Position numbers and translations under genes: made by a program. DNA of 64,000 nt from NCBI GenBank assembly GCA_020891255.1, contig BQFW01000012.1, positions 806,001-870,000 on the forward strand, written 5' to 3'. Under the pieces are notes generated by a model that was given only the letters and a program-made list of their open reading frames with translations, did no database searches and was not told the origin of the DNA. Below are positions 49,621-61,200 of the stretch, piece by piece. The stretch is from Entomortierella parvispora E1425. Lineage: Eukaryota > Fungi > Mortierellomycota. Every line of letters begins with the position of its first letter. The stretch's first letter is position 1.

Positions 49621-49629
49621 ACAATCGCG
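49621..49629 (+). repeat. Right target-site duplication ACAATCGCG
   Basis: Identical to 43359-43367. Confidence 0.95.
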
Positions 49630-49827
49630 CGTTGAACAAACAAAAAGGCAGAGTCGGACCCAAAAAAAAAATAAAAAATAAAAAAAAGAAGAGAGAAGGC
49701 CGTTGTGCTTGGGGCAGCGAAATTTGGGGCGGAAGCCATTGAAAAAAAGGAACAGTCACCAACCCACAGGAACAAGGTGAGAGCCGATTTACCTTATGTG
49801 CCCCCCATAAAAACATTGCCACCAAAT

Positions 49828-49856
49828 ATCACGTGCCACCACGTGCCATCACGTGC
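49828..49856. promoter_or_regulatory. Three CACGTG E-boxes at exact 10-bp spacing (49830, 49840, 49850)
   Basis: ATCACGTGCCACCACGTGCCATCACGTGC, about 280 bp upstream of the MULE gene start. Function is inferred. Confidence 0.5.
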
Positions 49857-50130
49857 ATTGACCTGAGTTCTCCCTTAGTGCACAAAATCAGCACGTCATC
49901 ACAATGCACAAAAACAAACGTTCCTGACCGTCCCTCACAACACCTTTGCTTCTTCCCTTACCCTCCCCTCACCCTCCCCTCATACCCCAGACAACAGTAG
50001 CGTTGCCAGGTAGGCTGTAGCTCTATTGAAGGACGGATCAACAAAAAGAATTAGAGAAGAAATGCAACCTGAATTAACACGTTCCATTCACCAGGCAACA
50101 CGAGGCCCTTACGCGATATAGTCCTGCAAC

Positions 50131-53004
50131 ATGGAAGAGGTATGGTATGGCATGGCATGTCTCGCAGTAGGCTAATTGAGATATGTGGATACTAATGATA
50201 TCGACACACTTTTGTCTTCCTGTTAGACCTATGTGGCCCCACAGGATTGCCCTGTCACCCCATCAGTCGTTGAAGACCCTGCATTTGAAGTCTGCTTCTT
50301 CTCAGATAAATCCTCGGACTCCAGCGACAATGAGGATGAGGATATCCAGGAGGCTGCTCAGGATGTCGAATACCCGGCCTCAGTGTCTTCATCGGAAGTT
50401 ACTGAGAACTTGGAGATACCCGTCGAACCCCCGAACGACCAGGAAGCTCCTGTTCCTTTGTGGACCAAGGTTTTCGGGGGCCTCCTTCCGCGGCATCCTA
50501 ATCACAACCGACTAATCGAAAAGCGCATGGACAAATCGATGGTCATTCCCTGGCTGTTTGAACAGGGGCGTCTTGCTTCAACCAAATACCTGAAGAAGGA
50601 GGAGAGGAAGTCGAAGAGTACGAAGTCCTCCCTCGAATGCTCCGTCAGATACTTCTGCCAGCACGCTGGTACCCCTAAGAAGCGCCGGCGACAGGGCAGC
50701 TCGGCTACCAAGGTTAAAGCAGAAGACGACAACTCTAGTACAGACAGCGACTGCAGCCTTAAAGAGGACCCCACCCAAGATGATTTTCCAGAGAATGTAC
50801 TCAAGAAGCGTCCGCGTCAAAAGATCAGTGGCAAGGTTGGCTGTAAGTCATACGTTCTCGTCAAGTATTACAAGAACTCAGAAGAGGCCGTTGTTACATA
50901 CAGACCGTACCATACAGGGCACCAAACGAATTCCATCGAGAATATCAGGCATTGTCGCCTGTCCAAATGGCGAAGGGAACAGGTTGAGAGGATGCTCGAT
51001 GCAGGACACTCTCGTCGGTTCATCTATGAAAAGCTTTCGAAAGCGCCGCCGGAGGACAAGTCGCAATTCGATATTCAGTGTGCTAGAGATAGGGCCATCA
51101 CGAAGGAAGACATCTATAATATAGACATTCGTCGCCAACGGATTACTTCTCAGCTTGACCAAGATGAGAGAATATCTATGCGTCTGTGGGGAACGAAATT
51201 GCGAGAACAGGGGTTCTCCGTGTTTGAATACGATGAGGCACCTGATGGTGCTTGGTCTTCTTCCAGCAGTTTTGGGGGAAAGGATATCTTGGTGGATAAT
51301 GGTCGAATGAAACGAGACGCTCCTCGGAAACCTGCCCGTGGTAAGAATCCCACTCCTACATCAGACAGAGTGGCTTTTGCACTCATTGAGAAAATGGCTG
51401 TCGGCCTAAATCTCGAGCAGGGTCGATTGGCTGCTTTTATTGAATCCGTTGCACCCGATAAACAGCCAATTGAACCGCCAACTGCCAAGACTGGTCCCAA
51501 GGAACGGTTTGGATTTGGATTTATATCCCCTTGGCAGCGGAAGATGCTGCAACAATTCGGCGCTGGCTTTAGCATTGATGCCACCCATGGAACAACCCGT
51601 CATGACAACACGCAACTTTACACAATTGTGGTTGCGCACTCCTCTGGAAAAGGAATACCAGTAGCTTTTTTTCTTACGAGTGATATGTCAGCTTCGGCTC
51701 TTAGCCTTTGGCTGAGTCATGTGCGGTGCCAACTCATGGTTCAAGAAGGGTCAAACAAGCCGTATTGCATTGTGAAAACAATTGTGGTTGACGACAGCTA
51801 CATCGAGAAGAATGCCATCAACTATGCCTTCGATGATGTCAAGATTCAGCTCTGCCTCTGGCACGTTCAGCGCGCATGGGCTCGAGCTCTCCCTGGCAAG
51901 ATCCATCCAGATATGACCGGCAAGAACAAAGACGAGAAGGCACAACTAAAGCGTCAGTATGACAAATCCCGCGAGGTGATCTTCAAGATGTTGCGCCGTA
52001 TGATGTACACTCAAGATCCCGACCAGGCCTCTCTACTCCAGCAAAGCCTTCGCCAGGCTCTAACGCTAGACAGTGCTTACACGGAAGTCCTCGAATACCT
52101 TGACACTACCAGCTTTACTCTGGAGAAGCGAGAACAGTGGATGCGCGCATACCGGAGTGATGTATATTGGGCCGACATCAACACCAACAACTATGTGGAG
52201 AGCTGGCACAGTCAACTGAAATCGAAGTTCCTGCGAGACAACAAGAGTCCCCGGCTTGACACTGTGATCAATGTACTCTCTGGTGCTGTCGTCGAATACT
52301 TCCAGAGTATTATCAACACAGCTACGTTGAACCTCGGACGGCAATCAAAAAATACAAAAGAATATCAGGATCGATTGATTTCTGTGCAGCGTCGTTTCAG
52401 GAACTTGACCGCTCAACAAAGGCTCCAGCTCTTCCGACATGACACCCTTTCGAACCGTCTCTGGATTACCTCGTTTGATAAGTCTGATGGGAGTGAGTAC
52501 GAGATCACTGCAATTCATACGACATATCCACCCACAATTCGGGCCTGTGAGTGCCCTGACTTCAAGCGCCGTCTTCAGCCTTGCAAACATATCATTGCTG
52601 CTACCCTCATGTTTCCAAACATTCAACTACCAGTTGACAACAACTTTCATGGGTCCATGACAACTATTGTGCTTCCAGAGTCAAAGGACACTAAGGACAA
52701 GCTATTGGCTGGCATTGAGCCTGGAGAAGAAACGGCTGCTGTCGTTTTGGGAGGGATAGAATCAATAGTAACAGGGGACGACGAAGATGAAGAACGGAGG
52801 CATCTGCAACGAGAGGCCGCGAAGTGGAGGCTTAAAGCTCTAGAGCAGATCAACATCCTATCTAGCCTCGTGCAAAGCAAAGATGACAAGGAGATGGAGG
52901 ACATCACCTCCATTTTGCAACAGACAACGTTGTGTATTGGTCAGATGGTTAATAGAGCTCCTCTACACTTCAATGCCGTACACAAACGTAGACAAGTCTT
53001 CTAA
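50131..53004 (+). CDS. Mutator (MULE) DDE transposase-like protein with a C-terminal SWIM zinc finger; exon 1 50131-50139, intron 50140-50226
   Basis: FSIDATHG (D), IVVDDSYIE (D), LCLWHVQRAW, TNNYVESWHSQLK (E) and SWIM CECPDF..RLQPCKHI. ATG GAA GAG|gtatgg...ttag|ACC TAT GTG splices in frame. Confidence 0.9.
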
Positions 53005-53980
53005 ATAATAATGTAATAAACACACAGCCCACTCTATCTTCGATGCGACATGATCGATCATAGTTCAACCATATGATTTGGCAGTGTTCTTTCGCAAGTT
53101 CTGATGCAATCTCGGTTGCTGTTCCTATGGCCCAGGGTTTCCTGAGGAAATACTCCTTCTGGGAGCTCTTTTTTTTAAAAAAACAAATAAAATGGCAGCA
53201 ATATCTCTATCTCAGGAACCATGATAGCTCTGAATCCGGAAGCCAAACCTCTTCCAACTTTTAATAACATGTATATCGCGACACCTGCCTATGAATAGTA
53301 CTTCTTTGGAAAACAGCCAAGAGCTTGTCATCATGCTGAGGCATTACTACTGTAAAATTGTAGTCAGAAGTTCATTTTACTTTGAATGACTCATCCAATT
53401 GCCCTCTAGAGGAATCGTTCTTTGGCAGGAAAACGATACTACGTTCTTCGTACAATGTGTGGCCACCTCAGGAAAGTGCTTTCAGCCCAATTGTTGCAAT
53501 TCTGACCATGGAAAGTCGAGACAAATGTCCTCAGATGCATCAAAATTCTATTTTTTTTCCAAGTCGATCACTTTGCTCCTAAGTGAAGTTCTTTTTTTCG
53601 AGGCGTGTTGACCGAATAAAGCGCATTCACAGTATGTACATTGGAAAGGGCATGGATTCTGAAAGTTTTGGATGTATGTGGAAGAAAGTGGTGTTGTAAT
53701 TGAATATACAATGGTAACTAGCCAAAACATAGCGAACACCCTCGTCATTTTCAGTCAAAATAAGCACAACGAAGATGAACACGCTCTCAAACTTGTTCAA
53801 AACTGCTCGCGATCACTTGAGAGGTGTATTTTTATCATATCTATCGATATTGCTAACAATCATGGCATTCTGATACGATTTGAATGACTTCACATAGAAC
53901 GATGTTGTTTTTCGGACATGTCTCCCTATACTTTGTGGGGTGATCGAGACTCCTTCCTATTTGGGCAGACAATATAAATC

Positions 53981-54097
53981 CACGTGACTAAATGACGTAT
54001 GTTGTCACGTGTAGATATCACGTGAGAGTACGTTATATCCTACCATTATCGTTATATCCTTGCAATTCTATAAGTGCAAGGCCATATACTCCACGTG
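53981..54097. promoter_or_regulatory. Cluster of four CACGTG E-boxes (53981, 54006, 54019, 54092) upstream of FAS
   Basis: Read directly from the sequence, 1.2-1.3 kb upstream of the FAS ATG. Function is inferred. Confidence 0.5.
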
Positions 54098-55284
54098 ACG
54101 AAGTCCCTCCCGGGCCTAAACGCCACTTTTGGGGGGTGAAGAAGTATCCTCGTGAGAGCCGACGTGGCCCCTTCGCGAGGAAAGAGGGATGGTGCAATTA
54201 GACAACGCTGTTCTTTTAGGTTGGATTCCACGGCTATGCACCTGGGTGAATACAACTATCTTCATCTGCAGGGAAGGTTGACTACAAGCTCTACTACTTT
54301 ATTTCTCTGTGAGTGCCTCTGAGAAGAGACAAGAAGGGGGGGGGGGGGGTCTGGGTAGACGGACTTTCACCTTCCACATATCCAGGTGCTAATACAGAGT
54401 CAAGACATTGAAGTCGCCCAAAGGACGACGGGAACTGAGGACCTGGATACTGCAGTTGGGAGTGGATCAGACCCCAGAGAGCGACCTCGCTCCGATCCAA
54501 AGTCTCCCTCTCCACAGAGAGGCCAAGAGGGATTGAATAGAAGACGGAAGCGAGTCATATTCAATGGCAGCTCTGCCCTGAGCTGGAGAAGGCGGCCAAC
54601 ATAAAAAAAAAAAAAGAAAAAAAAAGGCACCGGTGGAATGGAGGCAAGCGAGTGGTCGTCTTTGTTGGGGGCGATCCCACCTTTGGCTGGGTTTCGTTTG
54701 GGAAGAGACAAAAAAAAAAAAAAAAATTATTGAAGGTGGGGGTGTTCAGTCAGATTCCAGGCGGTTGCACGGGTCCAGCACGGCGAAAGAAGAAGAGCGA
54801 TTCAATAAATGTTATCTTATCGAGTCCGCTGGATCAGACTTCACTTGGTCGCGCACAAACAGCTTTTTTTGCCTTTGTTGCGGGATGTTGGGCCATGGAT
54901 TATGGCAGTTGTTGGGAAAGTCGCCCCTCTTTCCGGTCTTCTCTTCTTTTATTTCCTTCTTCTTCTTTCCTCTTTCTCCTCATCCCCTTCCTCTCCATCC
55001 CTCCGCCCATCTCCCCCCATCCCCTCATTCAGTGCCTCTCCTCTTTCGCATTAAATCTGCATTTCGCATACTCTCGTGTTTAATATTCTTTCCTGTTGCA
55101 TTCCTTCCTCTGTTCTCTTCGCATTCACTCGCATTCCTTGTTTCTTCACTCCCTTCTTTGACCGAGAGATATATTGAAAAGTTGCATTCAATTTTCGCTC
55201 AAAGGACAATAGCCAGAAACATTCTTCTTACAAAACCCCATCACCAATAACGAAACACTCTTATCGAAAAAAAAGAAGCCGATC

Positions 55285-58200
55285 ATGACGACTACGTTGC
55301 AGTCCAACTTGACCCGCCCACTTGCCCTTAAGCAGGGAACTTCCGAGGTCTCTATCCTCGTCCCTGCCGATGTCTGGGTCGCTGCTGAGCAGCTTCGCGA
55401 AGAGTTTTTGCTCTCGAGCCACGCAGAGGAGGCCGCACCCGTTGCCGAAGAAGGTGCCGTCGCCGATGACCAGGCCCCCGAGATGGCCCTGGTTGCCCGT
55501 TTCCTCAAGTTTGCCACTGACAAGAGCGAGCAGGTAATTGATCTCTTTCCTATTTATGCCATTTAAATGACAGCAGTCGAAGGAGCTGGCGAAGGAGCCG
55601 GCGAGCAGGAGAGAACCGTGGATCAAAGGAAAAAAGCCCTTGGTGTGGATGGTACACCACCCTCAACGGAACATGGATCCAGCTTTGCAAAGGAGCACTG
55701 TAGAAGGAGAATGCGCAAAGACGGGAGAACAACCAAGGATCCAACAGAGCCACGATTCCAAGGCGGCAAACAGGGCTTCTTTTTTTATTTTACTTTTCTC
55801 TCTTTTTTTTGTGGGGGAGAATTGATCTGGAGTTGCTTTGGTGGCAAAAGGGCCTGTTTGATCTGGGTTCCGCTTTGAGACAAACGGAGCCAGAGTCCTG
55901 TCTGACTGCATGGCCATGGTGTATTGAGGAAGAAGAGGAAGAGGGAGGAGTGGATCGGGACTTTGTCCCCTCAGACAGCCACCTTCCTCACTCTCTTCGT
56001 GTCAACACGGACGGAAGGGAACAGGGTCAAACCCCCTTCCACCAGTGGAGAAGGAAGGAAGGAGGGAGGGCGGAGGGAGCGATGGACGATGGGCGGATCA
56101 TCAAAATGAATTTTTTTGGGTGCGACTGAGAATTTAATTTAACGTTCGGAGCGGGTTGGGTAGGAGAGGAGAGGAAAAAGAAAGAGTTCAGATTGCTTTC
56201 CCACGACTGTCGCACACTGGGCCAGGCCCTGGGAGGACGGGGCCGGCTCTGGCGGCGAGCAACAGATCACTGGGGAGGACGCTTCGGGTGAATCGGCATG
56301 TACAGGTGCCACAGGAGGCAGAGAACTAACAGCTATTACTCTGTTCTCAATCTCTGCTGTGGCCATAGAACGATCCCTCGTTGCAGTTCGTCCCTGTGCT
56401 CAAGACCGTCTTCTTGTTCTTTGTCACCAAATACCTCAAAGGAAACGACATCCATGCCGTTACTCGTCAGCTTGCAAAGGATACCCGCGTCGTCATCATC
56501 AACGCCTTTTTCTCTGCTCTCGTCTTCTTGCGCTCCATGGATGCCCTCGACTCGGATGAGTACACTCCCCCAACCTCGGCTTTGATGGCCGCCGCTCATG
56601 AGGGAAATGCAAAGATCTTTGCCATCTTTGGCGGTCAGGGAAACATTGAAGAGTACTTTGATGAGCTCGCCGATATCTACACCACCTATACCACCTTGGT
56701 CCAGGACTACGTCGAGGAAATGGCTGCCGTGTTGCGCGAACATGCCAAATCCGATGATGCCTCTGTTTTCCACTCCAAGGGATTGGATGTCATGGGCTGG
56801 CTCCGGAACCCAGACTCAAAGCCCGATGTTGCGTATCTCGTTTCGGCCCCCGTGTCCCTGCCCTTGATCGGACTTGTGCAGTTGATGCATTACTATGTGA
56901 TGCTCAAGGTAAGAATATCGAAACATGGGCCTTCTCGGCAGCTGAATTGAGCCGAAAAATTGAACGTTTGCACAATATGAGATACTGATATGTTTGGATA
57001 ATTCTTTTCTTGGCGGCAATCGAAGGTTCTTGACCAGACCCCCGAGCAGCTTCGCAGCGTTATTTTGGGATCCACTGGACACTCTCAGGGAATCATCTCC
57101 TCAGTTGTCATCTCATCCTCTGCCACATACGACGACTTCTTTGTCAACTCTCGCAAGGCTCTTGGTCTTCTTTTCTGGATTGGAACCCGCTCTCAGCAGA
57201 TCTACCCACAGACAACCCTTAACCCTGCTATTCTTCAGGACTCGCTTTCCAACAATGAGGGCAACCCCACACCCATGTTGGTGGTCAACTCTCTCCGTGC
57301 CTCTGAGGTCCAGAAGTATGTGGAGGCTACCAACTTGCATTTGCCTGAGGAGCGCAAGATCAAGATTGCTCTTATCAACGGCCCTCGTTCTTCCATCTGC
57401 ACTGGACCTCCCCAGTCGCTTTACGGTTTGAACTTGGCTCTTCGCAAGCTCAAGGCCCCTACTGGTCTCGAACAGGGCCGTGTTCCTTTCTCTCAGAGAA
57501 AGGTCAAGTTCTCGTCTCGCTTCTTGCCCATCACCGCACCTTTCCATTCCTCTTACTTGGACGGTGTTTCGTCTTTGGTTGCTGAGGATATCACTCGTTA
57601 TGACTTGAACTTTGATCATTCCAAGATGGTGATGCCTGTCTTCTCGACTGACTCTGGCAAGAACATTGCTGGATCTCCTACCATCACAATGGACTTAGTT
57701 GACCAGATTTGCTCTCTCCCTGTTTTCTGGGAGAAGGCCACTGCTATGGCTGGTTTAACCCATGTTATTGATTTCGGTCCCGGTGGATCCTCCGGTGTCG
57801 GTTCTTTGACTGCTCGCAACAAGGATGGTAACGGTGTCCAGGTCGTTCTTGCCGGTGCCACCGAGGGCGTCAACCGCGAGCTTTCGTACAAGCCCGATCT
57901 CTTTGATGCCAATCCTGCATCCCTTCGCTATGCTCCTAACTGGGTCAGTGAGTTCCAGCCCAAGTTGGTTCGTGTGAATGGCGAGATCCATATCGACACC
58001 CGCATGTCTCGCCTTTTGGCCAAGCCTCCATTGATGGTCGCTGGTATGACTCCCTCCACTGTTAACGAGGGCTTTGTCAGCGCCGTTATGAACGCAGGAT
58101 ACCACATCGAGTTGGCTGGAGGCGGACACTACAACGAGGCCGCTGTTCGCAGCAAGGTCAAGAAGATCATGCAGTTGACAACTCCTGGAGCCGGAATCAC

Positions 58201-61200
58201 ACTCAATACCCTGTTCATCAATGTGCGCCAATGGGGATTCCAAGCACCTCTTGTCCCAAAGTTGCGTCGTGAGGGTCTTCCCATGGAGGGTTTCTGTTGC
58301 GCTGCCGGAGTGCCTTCCCTCGAGGTCGCGAACGAGTTTATCACGGACATGCTTGATGCTGGTATCCGCCACGTTTCTTTCAAGCCAGGTTCGGTTGAGG
58401 CTATTCGCCAAGTCTTGTCGATCGCTGCTGCCCATCCCGATATGCCCATCATCCTTCAGTGGACCGGTGGTCGCGCTGGTGGCCATCATTCGTTCGAGGA
58501 TTTCCATCAACCTATTTTGGAGACCTATTCTGCTATCCGTCGCCACTCCAACGTCATTCTTGTCGCTGGCTCCGGATTTGGAGGTGCTGAGGACACTCTT
58601 CCTTACCTGACTGGAGACTGGTCGCTCGAGTTGGACTACCCCCCTATGCCTTTCGATGGAATGCTCTTTGGCTCCCGTGTTATGGTTGCCAAGGAGGGTA
58701 TGGCTTCCTTGGGAGTCAAGCAGGCCATTGTGGATGCCCCTGGTGTCCCAGATTCGGAGTGGGAGAAGACCTACAAGGGTCCTACCGGTGGTGTGATGAC
58801 TGTCCGCTCCGAGCTTGGAGAGCCCATTCACAAGATTGCCACCCGCGGAGTCAGGCTCTGGAAGGAGATGGACGACACTATTTTTGCTCTCCCCAAGGAC
58901 AAGCGCGCTGCTGCTTTGTTGGCCAAGAAGGATTATATCATCAAGCGACTTAACGCCGATTTCCAAAAGGTTTGACGTTGTCCTGTGGCTTATTGCCTCT
59001 TGTTTACCGGAGGTCTCATTCTAATTTATTCATACTTTATTTCTCTAGGTTTGGTTCGGCAAGAAGGCCGATGGTAGCGTTGCTGACCTTCAGGATATGA
59101 CCTATGAGGAGGTTGTCAACCGCCTTATTGAGCTTCTCTTCATTAAGCACGAGGAGCGCTGGATTGACCACTCTCACCGCAACTTGCTCGGTGACATCCT
59201 CCGCCGCATTGAGGAGCGTTTTGTTGGTGCTGAGAAGAACTCTATTGTTCAGACTTACTCTCAGCTTGACATTCCCTTCGAGTTCTCTCAGCAGTTCCTT
59301 GATACCTACCCCTTGACCAAGACTCAGCTCTTGACCACTGAGGATGTCGGCTACTTCTTGTTCTTGATGAACCGTCGTGGACAGAAGCCCGTGCCTTTCA
59401 TCCCCGTCCTCGACAAGGACTTTGAGGTCTGGTTCAAGAAGGATTCTCTCTGGCAGGCCGAGGACTTGGCCGCGGTCGTTGACCAGGATGTGCAGCGTAC
59501 CTGTATCCTTCAGGGACCAGCTGCCGTTCGTTACGCCACCAAGGTGGATGAGCCCGTCAAGGATATTCTCGACGGTATCTTCCACAGCCACATCGCATCG
59601 CTCAAGGAGCGCTACTACAATAACAACGTGGCGGACATTCCCGAAGTTGAGTACTTTGGCGGCAAGCCCAGCCGTTACGAGTCCTCTCTCAAGGCTGTCT
59701 TGCCTTTGGTCAAGGTTGATCTCTATGAGAACGACAAGATCAAGTCGGTGGAGACCTCCATGTTGGACTCTAGCCTGCCCAAGACTGAAGACTGGCTCGA
59801 GTTCATTGCTGGACAGGATCCTTCCTGGTTCCGCGCCTTGTTGACCACTCCCGCTGTTATTCAGGGCAAGAAGTTCTTGGATAACCCCCTGGCCCGTGTC
59901 TTCCGCCCCCGTGTCTCGCAATTGGTTCACTTCAAGTACGAGGCTGGTAAGCTCGAGTCGGTTAACGTCTACGATCGTCGTTCTTGGTCTGCTTCGAGCA
60001 AATCCAACGATCTTTCGCCTTCTCTCTCTGCTCGTATCAAGGGCAAGGACATGATCGAGGTTATCCTCATTGAGAAGATTGGTGACCGTCAGATCCCCTT
60101 CCCTCTTCTCTTCCACTACACTCCTGATAAGGGCTATGCCACTATCCACGAGGTCATGGAGGGTCGCAACGAGAGAATCAAGGAGTTCTACTACAAGCTT
60201 TGGTTCCCTTCGGAGGAGGCCGAGTTCAATGCCTGCCTCGACACTGAGGCTTTCACTGAGAAGTTCATCTGCAATGGCGAGCAAGTCAATACCCCCGAGA
60301 TTCAGGAATTTTGCCAGGCTGTTGGCAACCAGGCTGAGCTCTATATCGAGCGTCGCCAGAAGGTTGTCTATGCCCCTATGGACTTTGCCATTGTTGTCGG
60401 ATGGAAGTCGATCATCAAGGCCATTTTCCCCAAGTCCATTGATGGCGATCTCCTGAAGCTTGTGCATCTCTCGAACGGATTCCGCATGCTGGATGGCGCT
60501 GAGCCCTTGAAGCAAGGTGACATTGTTGACACTGTCGCAGAAATCAACGCTGTGGTCAACAACGACTCTGGCAAGTTGGTTCAGGTCAAGGGTGTCGTTT
60601 TGCGCGACGGCAAGCGCGTCATGGAGGTTACCTCCGAGTTCTTGTACCGCGGTACTTTCCATGACTACCAAAACACTTTCCAGAAGACCGTCGAGACCCC
60701 CATGGAGGTCAAGTTGGCCTCTGCCAAGGATGTGGCTGTCTTGAAGAGCAAGGAGTGGATCCAATGGGCCGAGGGTGAGCACACCGTTGCCCCTAACGCT
60801 TCTCTTGTCTTCCGCCTGAACACTGTTGTCCGTTTCAAGAACAAGACCACCTTCTCACACGTCGAGACCACTGGAACTGTTTCCATGCAAATCTCCACCA
60901 AGGAGCATGTTGAGATTGCTACGGTCCAGTACATCAACGACGAAGAGACCCATGGAAACCCCGTCCTTGCGTACCTGAAGCGTGCTGGTTACCCCATTGA
61001 GCAGGCTATCCACTTTGAGAACGGAGGCTACTCTGTGATGCCTGAGGGATCCTTCAGCTCTGAGGTCATCTCTCCTTTCAGCAACGAACCCTATGCCAAG
61101 GTTTCCGGTGACTTCAACCCCATCCACGTCAACCCCTACTTTGCTGATCTTGCCGAGCTCCCTGGCACCATCACTCACGGCATGTGGACTAGTGCCTCTA

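Noticed and set aside
43000-49830. Possible spliced minus-strand gene interrupted by the transposon (donor GTAAAT near 49790, acceptor near 43347)
   Set aside because: Reconstructing the empty site gives only short frames that stop quickly, so no supportable CDS. A non-coding transcript cannot be excluded.
55574-55651. In-frame cassette exon within FAS intron 1
   Set aside because: It would leave a 40-nt upstream intron, shorter than any other intron seen here, and the encoded peptide is not FAS-like.
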